From positions 2,356,001 to 2,420,000 of the forward strand of contig NC_135250.1 in the NCBI RefSeq assembly GCF_964204865.1: a stretch of DNA of 64,000 bases, given 5' to 3'. The notes under the pieces were generated by a model, which had not been told where the DNA came from, did no database searches, and saw only the letters and a program-made list of their open reading frames with translations. Below are positions 24,868 to 38,200 of this stretch, piece after piece (the first letter of the stretch is position 1; every line of letters begins with the position of its first letter). Made by a program: the position numbers and the translations under genes. This DNA is from Styela clava (lineage: Eukaryota).

Positions 24868-27800
24868 TATTTCTATGTGGCCAATGTCCGCATTTGTTCA
24901 TGCACCTTCTTGCTTGCAAAATTATCCTACGATGCAGGTCAAAGACTGAAATTCGCCAATAACGCGTGTTTTCGGGGCTGATTGTTTTTGTCATCATGTA
25001 TTATAATGTAATAACGAAACAAAATAAATATCATCTAGACTAGAATCTAGATCAGCTTCACGTTGCATTAAACAAACTTGTATGCGTAAAATTGCAATTT
25101 CACCGCTTGGTGTCGTAGTTAAACCAAAAAATGAACACAATTTTGGTGCCGCCAACTTTGAAATTTGAAAGACATTTTTTTATATTAAAAGCATTAGTAT
25201 ATTCTGCCATTTAAAATTCAATGATTTAAAATAGATGGAGCCCTTGAAAGGTCACTCATAATCGATGACAGGAACTGCTCTGAGTCATCTCAGTCCACCA
25301 TGCCTATCTTTTTCGAAATCATCACTTTTGAGACCTACGCGAAAACAGCTGATTTGAAGGACAACGCACATAGGTAGTTGGAATTGAATGATATGCTCTG
25401 TGTTGGTTCGATTCATGGCCAAATTTGCTGATTTGTGAATGAGGTTTTCTCACTAAAGCTACAAAAAGTCCGCGTCTTCTCCCGGGATTTCAAATAAAAA
25501 AACTCATCTTATTCGGAGGTGATATCAAATCTCGTTTGTTTCTCAAATCAAGTTTTGTCAACGTTCCTGAATTTCCGCCCCGTGTGTTGTCTTGCGTTTG
25601 GACCTTTCCCCGACCTTTGATCCCCGAAAAATTCTTCCTATACTTTACCATTGCATTACTAACTCCTAAAAATACAGAGTGATCATTGAATTATCTGATT
25701 TATATTCAAATTTCCAAAACACAACTGAAAACTAACGAACAGAGTTTAAAAACGCGAAAACGAGGTAATGATTACGACCACGCCTGGAAATCTGTCTGAG
25801 TGGAAAAAGGGTCTGAGCGGATGCGAAAAGGGAGCATTGTTACTTCACTTTTTGCATCTTGCTGATTGGCCAATGTCACGAAGTAAACCAGGAAGTCGAT
25901 GCTCGGGGAAAGGTCTATTGTAATTTGTTAATACCATGAGTCCATGACGAAATTCAAACAAAATATCCACCTATTTTCAATTACACTAATTTGCCAGTAA
26001 AATTTCCGATTTTTCACTGACCTTAAGTAATCAATAATGGTTTCCTGGTGGGAAATAAAAACATTTAATCGTGACCTTCTAAGACAATCAATGATTCTAG
26101 CCTGCCCATCAAATTTTGACCGCAAAAAGGACGCCTTTAAGTGAGATTATCAACGCCATGTCTAGACTTACGCTCACATCTGAAAATTGTCTCAGTCCAA
26201 TATCTGACCAAATGTAGTGAATCGTACTTATTGCTAAAATAAACTGTAACAAGATTTATACATTTCATAAATATTAATCAAACCTTTATGGGTGGCAGAA
26301 TTCCGCACGGTATGACGCGCTAAGTTTTGATTATAAGTTAAGTTTTTTTGCTTGGCATCTTTCGACTGTGTACTTCACATAATTAAAAACCGAAACGGGC
26401 TTTTCGGCCCGATTTGTGCATGAGTTACGAATACAGACCCCGGTTCCAGTTGGACAAATTAAATATTCCAACATTGGGAAAAAATTAAAATGCTCAATTA
26501 ATTATATATGTTGGTATTTAAATCATCAATAATAGAAGTCCCGTAAAGTTTAGCACGATATGACACACATTTTAATGATGAATCAAGACGCCCTTTTCGA
26601 TGTATTTTTGCTGGATTTATGATTTCGGCTATACATATAAAAAAAAATATATAGACATCGGTTTGAATTGAAAAAAAATTAAATATTCCAGCATTGGGAA
26701 AAAGTTAAAAATGCTTAATTAATTATTTATGTTTTATAACATCAATGATGCCTCGTTAGATTTATTATAAAAACCTGGAAAAACGCTCGGTGAAGTTTTG
26801 TTGTTCCTCATAAGCCAGATGTCGATTGGATATCTACTTACTTGTGAGTTTCCTTCACTTCTGAATTGGGATATTTTGGCCTACTTCAAAAAATATTTTC
26901 ATAAGTATGCAAAAAAAGCAAAGTCCTCAACTATTCATATCGCCTTTACGAAAGATTATCTACGCCATGTCTAGACTTCTATTTTGGAGAATTTATCAAA
27001 GTTCAATATCTGACCAAATGGTAAATCGAAAATATAAATTTTAGTTGAGCTGTGTGACATAGGGATAAGATTTACATTTTATAAACAAACTATTATAAAA
27101 GCCTTTATGGGTGGTAAAATTTAGCACGGTATGACACACCTTTTATTATTAAACCAAAACACGCTTTTTGATCGGTTTTGTGCACGGTTTACATCGACAA
27201 TGAAATGGAAACTTCACTTTGAGTTGGGTAAATGAATGTTTACTAAAAATGTCAGATTTAGATAAATATTTCCCTTTATCAAATTGATTCAAAAAGTATA
27301 TAAAACAGAATGATAAACCTCTCGTTGGATTCGTTGATGTCAGAGTCACACTCCTAAATTCAAATGTATAATAGACTTACGGGCTGCAGCTGAAATGTCA
27401 GATACCCAGTGGTAAGCTTCGGAGGAATTTGAGGGCCGCCCCCCCCCCCCCCTCCAATTTTTTGAAATGAAAAAATAAAATCTTTTTCTGTATCATAAAT
27501 AGCAATTTTTCGTAGCTTGAAACGCCTTTTAGGCCCTTAGGACGTGAAAACCCTCCGACCGGACGCGCCAGCTGATACGGTTTAATACTTGGCAATTAGA
27601 ACCCCCCACCCTCCGTTTGAAAGTTTCTGACTGTGATGATAAGCGAACCTTTGTTCTTGTTTTATTTCGTTTCGGACGTTTGAATACTGCAGTAAATGGA
27701 TAATGTGTATCGCAGCTGACGATTGCCCTTATATTTTGTGTTTCGAACGTTGTTTATTCGATTTATATAAAGTTTGGTATGTTAGAGTAGCTTACGGAGT

Positions 27801-28159
27801 TACTGCTGTGTCCCTGACACTGACTAATGAACTATACAAGAATCCAACTTGATAGAAACATCAGTTAAATGAAAACAAACAATAACACCGCTTAGCAAGC
27901 AATCTTATAACAGTGTACCGAATCACTAATATCACACGAGGCTCTACAAGAATGATGTAATAGGGAAGCACTTAACGCCAAGTAGTGGAAACATAAAATA
28001 TATGAAAAGTCAATACACAACAGTTACATACATACATTTCCTGAACTGAGGGAACCCGTTGTTAGTAAGTTATAAAAAAGAGAACCCGTTCCTAAATCGT
28101 TGAATCTCATCGTTGATATTACGGGGTGTTTATATACTTAATCTCTTTATAATTTCAAT

Positions 28160-28395
28160 GGTGCTCCCGAAGTATGCGAACCAAGATGGCGGACATCGGA
28201 ACGTAACATGGGTAACAGGTTAGGGTCAGGCGATAATTTTTTTCCAATTTTCCTTATTTTAGTCCTATTATCAGTTCGAAGACTAGCCAAGAGCCTCCCG
28301 TAGTATTTATACCTAAAATTATGGCCTAACCCTAACCTAGTACACATATTACATTCCGATGTCCGCCATCTTGGTTCGCATACTTCGGGAGCCCC
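28160..28395. mobile_element. Merlin-type MITE, 236-bp family, nested in a Tc1-like MITE
   Basis: GG..CC termini and perfect 8-bp TSD atttcaat. Host element copies at 16993 and 60354 show the empty site. Confidence 0.88.
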
Positions 28396-30175
28396 ATTTC
28401 AATTTTGTTATGAAATCAGTTCCCAATATATATTAACCAGGTTTGTTGTTTTAGAATCAGTAACTGTCTAGCTATTTTTACTTCACTTAATACCTCTGCG
28501 AGGGCCAAAACAATATATGGTATCGATAAATTCTCTTTGCAATTTTAAAAAAATTTAAGATTCAATGGACACCCTATATAATGAATCGAAAAAGACTACA
28601 GATTTTGAATTTCGATCACAGTTTCTAAAAGCTATTTGATTGGTGGGATTTTGTTTACTACAAATAATGTTTCGTCATGCTCTCTTGATACTGTAAACAT
28701 ATTAAGCTTTGGTGTGAAAGTTTAAAACATCGATGTTAAAGCGCGAGTAATGGCGGACTTGGCGGTGGAACGAATCTCAAGACGAATAGATTTTGAATGG
28801 TTTTATAAAATGGATTATTATGGTGGAATCAATTTGTTTGTGTGTTGCGAGTTTTTATGCGGAACAACGGTCTAAACTTTTAAACAACAATCGAGTGCAT
28901 TTGTACGTGACGAATGAGCGCTGGAATCTATGTATAGGTTGTTTTGGCGGCAGAGATGTCAGCACGCAGAGGTTTACGTGAGAATTGAAAAATCCAAACG
29001 CTACAGCGGTGGTTCTTAAACTGTGGGTCGTCTGAAGATTTTCCGGGGTCGCCTAATTTCTTTCAAACTTGTGCACACAATTGACTATAATTTGAAAGTT
29101 GGAAAGTAAAATTTTCGATTTTCAGCAATAACTCGACCATTTATTGTCCAAACGTCGCCAAAATTGCTCCGTAAAACTTTCATGCGGTACCTTCCCAGCT
29201 GGTCGGAAGGTACTGTTATTAGTAAATGTGATTGATTTACAGTGGTACGAGCGCCAATAATATTTCCCTTTTTCTAACTTTTTTGATCATGTTACATCCG
29301 AATGAGTAGTTGATAGGATTTTTTGCCAGGCTGCGAAAAAGTATGTTGGTTCGTTAATTGGTACCAGTGTAGACGCTTGGTTATCGAATATACAAAGTAA
29401 AGTTGCTTTATTTGGCGATTGGCTTTTAATCATGTGTTCTATGAATATGGTATTGATTGCCAGGCGGTGTCTTGGCAGACTACTCACACTATAGGTATTG
29501 ATCAGTTGCGAAAGCGCTTTATTAATTCGCGCACGTGTCTAAAATCTACGAGCAGACTACGTGTTTTGTCCACATCGCCTCGTCATTAAAGTAAACATTT
29601 TGGTATTGCAATATTACGTATTTGTACATTTCATATATAATTTCAAAGCGTTCCGAGCAGTCAAACACAAAACCACAACAAGTTCTAGCTTAATAAAAAG
29701 CACTTGAAAGATGGGATTCCGTACACTTTTTTTTCCTATTTTACTTTCATGCTCTGTTTTAATAATTAATAATAATTATGGAGCAATCTGTAATATGTTA
29801 ATATTGAACTGCAAATAATAAAGACACTGTTAGAATATACTAAATAGGATTTTGAATTTATGTATATTTAGAGGCAATCTTACTATTTCCGAAGTATCGT
29901 ACGCGTCCTTACAATATACCACATTTTATCAACTCCGTGTGTTTCGTCAAAGAACCGTTATAATTCTGATCTAAGAGATTTTTGCACCGTAGTTTTCATA
30001 CGATGCCATGTGTTATCAAATCTTAGGTTTCCCCGTTTTCCTGGCGCATTGCCGGACTCGTTCATAAATTTTTTGGGCCAATGTTCACCGTCAACTTGCA
30101 GTCAATATACAGGTACATTGTAAATAAACTTATAAATAATTTGGGAACCACTGCTCAACAGGAATAAATTGTGAT

Positions 30176-30367
30176 TTATTGGTAATAAAGTCAAGTTATT
30201 TCAATGCGTCGTGATTTACATCGGAGAAAGTGAGTGTGACACCAGCTCGAAAAGTTTAGGTAGCTCTGCATTTTATTGGTAATAAAGTCAAGTTGTTTTC
30301 AATGCGTCGTGATTTACATTGGAGAAAGTAAATGTGACACCAGCTCGAAAAGTTTAGGAAGCTCTGC
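30176..30367. repeat. Tandem duplication of ~97 bp
   Basis: tttattggtaataaagtcaagtt...ccagctcgaaaagtttagg.agctctgc occurs twice. Confidence 0.85.
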
Positions 30368-31843
30368 CTACCCTATCAGATCCCGGCAAAGTCTCATAAA
30401 AATACGGAGCGACTGCTAAACCTAGAAAACTTGATTTAGTCGGAAAGTAAATAGTTTAGGAAAAAACAAATACGCAATTGCAAACTAAAAATCTCACGAA
30501 TCGTACAAACGGAAACCATTATCGCATTAAACAGAAAGTTGGATACAGTTACTAATAAGAATTGGCTGAATAAATTTCACCGAACCAGCATGATTTGTGT
30601 TTAAATCATAGATAAAAGCATAGATTATCTTTGGCACACGTATGATAAATCGTCAATTGAAAATCTTTGAATTGTAAGGGTGTATCATGTCGTAACCTTT
30701 GAACTTTAACCCCGCAGATTACAGGTTGGTTGAGCACCAGGAATGTGCAATTGAAATGTAAAAAGGAAAAGCATAGCCCTCGAACTTCAATTCCACTGTC
30801 TACTGGTTGGTTATGTACATGAAAAAATAGCTGAAATGTTGTTCTAACTGTTAAATCCCATCCATTTTCAGCGTCAAAAGAAATCTTTAGCAAAATTTGG
30901 AGTAATATAAAATATATATATTTTTTAATGTAAATCAAGAGTTTCAATGACTAAACTAATCTTCGTGTCTATTTATGAGCTTGTCAAGTTGGTCCCAAAT
31001 CTATGTTCAATTTAAACCGTACAATATTTTTTACTATAGCGACCCCCCCTAGGAACACTGTTGTAAACGATCATACAGAACTTGAACTACAAGTGTATTG
31101 ACCATCAACATCACTTCGGCTAATTTTACTGATTTCTGTGTACATAACTTAAGTGACTTTTACTCGATACTTTGTCAAAGATTTGCTGCGGCAAAAATAA
31201 TCCAGTGAAAACCAATTATTGACGGAGAAGAGAGGGCGACTAGGGTGTGTTCCGTCTGTGCAATATCGAATTCGTATTCCAAGTTTTTGTTTAAATATTT
31301 ACCGATGTTGGTTGCAAGTCTCTAAACCCCGAGTCGGCTGTCAATTTCAAGTCCGAAATGGACCCTTATGTATCTTTTTCAGTATGTCAAGTTGAACTTT
31401 CAATCATTGGTTCAACTCCACCCACACATTTTCTCTGAGAGCTACTCAGTGATGGGATGCGCGGAGTTCTCAAGAGTCCATGCGAACCCGTTTTTTAAAT
31501 ACCAGGATATTAGCGACCGTTTCTGTTTTTACTCCAGTCGGATGTTGAACGGCCGCAGATGAATAAAAAAGCATTATATTATTTGACATTTTGAAAGTTT
31601 CGCATTAGATTAGATTTTATGTAAAGCGTGTCGCAAATTACTGTAGCTGATATACATATATACATACTTTCTGAAATGAGGGAACTGTTCTTAAAGTTTT
31701 GAATTCTGCCACTGCTTGTAACTCTTAAATCCCTCATGACCCTTGACCCCTGCTAAAGGATCATCCAACATTTAAACTGCAAGGTTTTGACCACCAACAA
31801 ACACCACTTCGGTTAATTTTACTGACTTACATAACTTTTACTC

Positions 31844-32046
31844 GGTTCCATTACATTTGAACCCACGTACATTTGAACCCATGGCAATTGCACCTGTATG
31901 CTATTGCACCTATGGCATTTTTTTTGTTTTTCGGATAGTTGAACCCACACTAACCCTAACCCATGGGTTTTAGCACCCGCATATAGATTGAACCCGTGGA
32001 TATACACATGGGTTCAAATGTACGTGGGTTCAAATGTACGGTCACC
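31844..32046. mobile_element. Merlin-type MITE with tandem subterminal repeats
   Basis: GG..CC ends, (TACATTTGAACCC) repeats in both arms, 9-bp TSD cttttactc. The paralogous block near 31157 has one copy of the target. Confidence 0.82.
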
Positions 32047-34921
32047 CTTTTACTCGAAACTTAGTCGAATACCTGCTTAGGCGAAAATTATTCATTAGCA
32101 AACAAGAAACAGCGGAGAGAAGATGATATCTGCGATTCGTCCGTGTTTTTAATTTAAAAACCGACACCTTCCTTTCAAACGAACTCTGGCTTACACCCCC
32201 AACAACAGACTATATCTAATTTGTGTCAGCGTTGTTTGCAAAATGAAACACAAATGTTGAAATGGATCCGACACTTTAATAAATGTTTTATAACTATGCA
32301 AACCCAGGGCATGTTACAAAATCCGATTTACCTACGGAAAGAGTCTTGAGCAACGGTGGGGAAGGTTTTCGGATCTGGGACCAGAAATTTGCCCATCTAG
32401 ACTGGCGGGCCATGTAATTGTGACGCCTGAGTTACATTTTATGAACAACATTTACGGTGCAAATGCAATTTACAGTTGCAGTTACAAGCAAAAGTGGAAA
32501 ACAAAAAGCCTCGTGACGAAACTAAATTAAATCACAATTAAATTTCAACAAATCATTTTTAACTAAAACATCAAAATTTGGCTTTAGTTTGATTGTGGCA
32601 GCATCAGGCGGGCCAGATTGAATTACCCAACTGACCGGATTTTGCCCGCGGGTCTAGTCAGCGTTAAATAAACTTTTCCGTCGTTCGCAGTGATTACCGC
32701 AACCGCCTATTCACCATTTTTCACTTTCATCGACTCGTGCGTTTAAGTGCTACTTCCGACATTATGTTGGTAATGTTGACACAGTGCGGTGGGCTGATGC
32801 CCCCCATTACATATGTAATTACTCAAGATAAATTGTGAGGTGTCCCCATACTTAGTCAAAACTTGAAAAAGATTTTTTGCCAGACGTTTTCATATAGAAA
32901 AACAAGATTCTGTAGACACTGGTAAACCACTATTTTTGATAGCATAGAAATATTTTTCGTTTGACACTCGGTGGTTGAAGTTTTTGAATTTACAAAGTAT
33001 TTCAGAAAGAGCGGAATCGCCTCATTGTTCACAAAGGTGGGCTGGTTCGCCTCATTTACTTCTGAAGTTTGTGTAAAGATTTCAATGCTATTATAGTTCA
33101 ACTAATTACCTTAAATAATTTTCTCAAGCATCAACTAACAGATTAACTAATCTATTCTTATACTCGACTGGTATCTTGATGAGAGACTGTGATATGACAT
33201 GCAGGTGTCGGCAACTATTTGTCGCTCGCGGGCCAAAATTAAAGGTTGCCAATCTTGGCGGGCCGCACATATTTTTAGAAAGTTAAAAACCGAACAGATG
33301 GCCGATGAATCACATTTTTTTCGTATATAGATCAGATGTCGAAATTTGGAAGACTGCGACAACTCAACTTCAGTCGTCTTACTGAAAGAATTTGGGCCGC
33401 GGCCCGTAGGTTGCCGATCCCTGACATAACGGGTGACCACCAAAAAACGGAACTTATACAATATGTTCCAAATGACATGGGTTCCGTTTGTTATGGGTCG
33501 CCCTGCATGATCAATTCGTCCTATCAACTTTCATTTCCCCCCGAGACTAATATGAATATCTTATTCTATCATTTAATAATACCTAGGTCAAACAAGGCAG
33601 ATCAGACATCTTTCTGAACGGCAGAATAATCGTCTCAAACGGAAAACTATAAAGCAATCGGAAACCGCCGACTTATCGTTTCGATTCCTTCGCTCTGAAT
33701 CAATAGCGACACCGCGTGTCTCGTCACTAATTTTCTAATACCTCGCTAATTATACGACATAATTCATCCAAAATCAATAGGCTTCTGGTCCGGGATATGA
33801 TGACTGCCTATGCAAAATTAACATACGAAGTTAATACGCGTAACATACGAAGGTCAAACAAACAGACAAATACCTATCAACATACTTATCGATCGAGATC
33901 GATAAGTAATTATCATTTTTTGTTGGTTTACCGAATCCGTGTCGTTTCCTATTGCAATCAACCTTCCCCGTCACTTATATCATGAATTTGATCAAAGTAT
34001 TTTCCTAGTTTCAATTTCGTATTTTTAGGAAATTGTAGGGCGGGGATTCAAATATTACGTCATTGCGACGTCATATAACAAGCCACATCGAGCAAGCATC
34101 GCATTCCTGGTTTTTCCTAATGTGTTTTTCCACACACATATAGATCATTCGATAACGATATAAGTGTTCGGAAGTTTATTTCTCTGTCTGGATTTCCTGT
34201 GGATTACCACAGAATTTTCAAACCAAAAATGTTAATTTTTATTGATCGCGCGTATATTCGTTGAATCTTATTATTACCCTGTTGCAAATTACTTCCTAAA
34301 GGGATTGTGGCATGGGTTGTTATTTTATGCTTAAGATAACATTTTTTGATTTTTAAAGTAGACCTCACACAGAAAAACCGCTTGTCAACGAAAAACGTAT
34401 AGCGAAGTTCTATCTAAATTAATTATACACGATAGTACCAAGTTATAAACAAAATTCTAACCCATGGGTTTTGGAGCAGTGGGGCACAAAAACATTTCCA
34501 GCTAAGCCGCAAACATAATGAAAATTACTGGAGTTATTGGGAAATTTAGCCAATTTGTGTCACTGTAGTTAAATTTTGATTGTAGGATAGCAATGAATGA
34601 TGATCTTTTCGTTACTGAGTGAGTGGTAATTTTCATTCTAATTCCTAAAGTGCAAGTGTCTATTTATTAGAGAGTTTCTTGTAGTTTTTCCCTGGAATGA
34701 AAAATGTTAATGGGCCACCACATTTCTTCTGCAAAGAAAATGGGCCGCGAAAGAAAAAAGATTGAGGACCGCTGCTCTAGTCTCATATGAACAAAGTTTC
34801 AATCTGAAAATTTTTCTTGTACGGTGCCTCCGTTTTTAAAAAAGTCCTGTAGAATCAGCTACTGATATCTCGCGATATCTAATAGCTACTGTATTTGGAA
34901 AGACCGGGCCAACAAGTTAAT

Positions 34922-35214
34922 TAATTATCGATTTTAATCAGTGAGTATGTTGTTAGGTATTTGTCTGTCTGTTTGTTTGTCTGTTAGATGCACGCGATAT
35001 CTCACGAAAGCGAGATTGAATCTGCTCCAGATTATACATGTGCATTCATCATATATCATATACCAAAAACCTATTGATTTTGTATGAATTATGTCGTATA
35101 ATTAGCGAGTTATTAATTAATTAGTGATGGGTCCATGATTAGTCACTATGGAGTAAGAGCGCTGTCCCTAACTTTCGATCGATAATTCTTCGGTCTCTGA
35201 CCGATATTCTAGTT
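34922..35214 (+). mobile_element. Second dispersed repeat family with (GTCT/GTTT)n tract, HINE-like
   Basis: Shared core gatgcacgcgatatctcacgaaag..gaattatgtcgtataattagcgag with ~4545-4785 and, inverted, ~33690-33912. Confidence 0.55.
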
Positions 35215-38200
35215 GCACCCTTGTACAAAAAGTGGGAATGTAATTTGTATAGGGTTCTGCTATGCGGAAACGAGTCACCAGAACTTCATAATTAGCTTCC
35301 CAGTCTTTATAGTTGTCCTAAATATTTTTTTCATATTGAAATACAATTATGCGCACATTTTATCGATAATTTTCCAGAAGTGGAACCGATGGAGGTTTAA
35401 AATTATCAATTTTTTCCGTACAGCGTGTCAGCTGGACAGTTGGTCGTATTCCTATAATTCTAAATCCAACGATCCACTCCTTCGTTAATATACTCACCTT
35501 TATTTGAATTTGGCATTCACTGCTATGAGCAATCAAAACAAACTAATTTGACAGAGTTATTTAGATTCAAATCTCTGGAGTTGTATAATAATAAGGCTGT
35601 CAAAAGTTTACCTTTTCCAAAGAAGTGTGCGTTGACAATTAGTTTCAATCACAAAAGGTACAGGCAATATAACGTTTTGGTATTATATTTGTATATTATC
35701 ATTCGGAGGCCAATTTTAAAATTCTTTTCATTTTAATTAGGCATTTACCGCAATTGGGCAATCAAAACAAACCAATTCAACAAAAATTTTTAGATTAGGT
35801 GCTCTGAAGTTGTTTGAGGCTATCAAAAAATTTCACTTTCCCAAATAAGTTTTTGAAGTATGTGGCCCCAAGATAATCAAGTATAAATGTTGATCCTCAC
35901 ACTCGGACTATGCTAAGCTTTCCATGAATAGCAGTTGGATAACCATCAAATACGCAAATTTAGTTTCAATCGCAAAACGGGCAGCAGGCGAGTGCCTTCT
36001 TAAGGGGTGGAACGTAGGTGTGTCTAGAGATTAGAGTCATTTGGTGTGAATATTTTCAGCTCACAATATTCTGTCAGATATAGGAGAAGCAAGGGCAGAA
36101 GTATGTGTATCAATATGGAGGTAACTAATTTTGTTCGCCTATTTTACATCAAGTTGTGTAAAGGGACTGAAACCTACGGGCAGGGAGTATATTTACTTGG
36201 CTAACACAGATAAATGTTGATATACTATGCTAAGCTTTCCATAAATAAGTTTGCCATTTAGAATCCCATCAAATACGCAAATTTAGTTTCAATCACAAAA
36301 GGGACAGGCGATATAACGTTCTCCTAATATATTCGTATATTATAGATTGAGGAAGTTAAAACGGTACCAAAGAGGACCAAGCATAAGTGTTGATATCCAT
36401 AATAGGACCATGCTGAACAATGAATAATTAAGGTCGCTGATTGAAACACCATCCAAACACGCAGTAAAGAATCAAAACCAAATAATTTACCGAACCCTCC
36501 AGATTCAAATCGCCAAAGTTGTTTCCCAATTAGGCCACACAGTACTGGTGCTCGAACATTTACACATATATTTAGAAATTGTGTTTCGCTTCGAATCGGT
36601 CAGGAGCAGAAATGCTCACAATCGGACATGTCCTTGAATCAATATCTAACAAAACACGCAAATTTAGTTTTGATCGCAATACAGTTTCGACAATAACCAG
36701 CCTAGGTGGAAATACAGGATGGCCGCTAGAAAAACAGTAAAGTTATCAAACATTTTGTCAGTCCTCAAGTCGGACTTTCACTTTTGAAAAGATATTCACT
36801 CTCCTTTCAAAGTCTGAAAGCTGTTTCCTGCCTTCGCCCATGACATGGGTGTCAAAATAGAACCTAAAAGGTATCAGCCCAAAACGACCAAGAACTTAAA
36901 AGAAATAAAAACGTAACGAAAAAAAATGAATAAGCACTCATTTTATTCGTGATCTCATCCAACCATCAAATTTTCTGCTTTTCTAGCGACCACCATGCAG
37001 TGATGGGCCACTAGTGTTAACCATAATTCGTGTTTTAGTGACGTTACTCTCCACTGGACTATGCCAATCCGTGAATAAAAGAGATTACCAATTGCAAATG
37101 CCCATATAGTATGCGATATTATTGTTTTCACATAAGAAGGCCGTTAATAAATTTGTTGAAGCATCGAAACAGCGCTGAAGATAATAATCTTTTAACCTGA
37201 AACGTCACGGCCTTGAAAACTCAGGCCATGCCATACCAGTGATAAACTATTGTCGACATCAGTTCTGAAACTTACGCAAATCGCTATTCCCAAATAAGTG
37301 AGCAATCAGTGTTTCCACAAATACGTTAATTGCTTTTGTACGTTTCCTTTTTCGCCTCGACTGCGTAATTAGTCTCGGATTACTGACTTAATTTGTTGAC
37401 CTCAAGATTCCAAAATTGAATATCCTTTTATGTAGTAATGGGAGTTCAAATTTTTCACTATTCTCCTTATACTATACTATTGCAAAATTTTCAACGCTTA
37501 TTTAAGAGTATTTTGGAGAGTTGGCACTTACAAACTGGCTCACATGTTCAAAACTATATTTTTCATTCGCAACATTAAACCACGTGCTGATTACAGGTAT
37601 TAATAGATAATATCAGGCTAGTCTATCGCAGCTTTTCCAGTATCAATTTTTAATTATTGCAACCAAACTGAAGATCCTCAGAAGACATTATGGCAATTAG
37701 GTTATTTGATTCACAACTATTTCATCGAACACAACTGAAAACTTACAAATAACGCGCAAAACCACGTAAACAAGGCAATGTTTACAACCGTGCTTGAATA
37801 TCTGTCTGATCGACCGCACTGATTGTAATTGTTATGTTGTTGTTGACTTATTGCTGATCATTTTTACAGAAATAAACAATAAAATCGATTCTCGGGGAAA
37901 CATCCATTGATACGTGCTTCAGTTCAGAGAAGCTGCGGCTGAAATATCAGGATCTTTGCGATTAATCTCGTCCTCGCGATCGTTGACTGCCGCGAACAAG
38001 GCTTACGACAAGATGTCACTGAGACCAAAGATCGTTGTAAACAGTCACGATTGAATTAAATGATTTGTTGGTCGCCTTGCCATTCGTTTTCAAGTCCTTG
38101 CAAATATCCATGAGCGACCAGGCATGGTTCGAAATATAACTCATGCTTAACAACTGATTTTGGTCAGTATCACCTCCTTATGAGTTCATTGACCAAAGTT

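Noticed and set aside
24539-24997. 152-aa minus-strand ORF
   Set aside because: Antisense read-through of the SINE with no recognisable motifs.
28147-28347. Recurrent ORF MCTRLGLGHNFRYKYYG (also at 494, 8616, 39408, 63488)
   Set aside because: It lies wholly within a non-autonomous MITE, so recurrence reflects copy number rather than a gene family.
30606-30947. 113-aa ORF with internal NQPV repeat
   Set aside because: It reflects a small DNA tandem duplication, with no true ATG start, splice support or homology recognised.
37174-37210. CTGAAGA...GAAACGTC hammerhead-like spacing
   Set aside because: The intervening sequence cannot form stem II and stem I does not pair.
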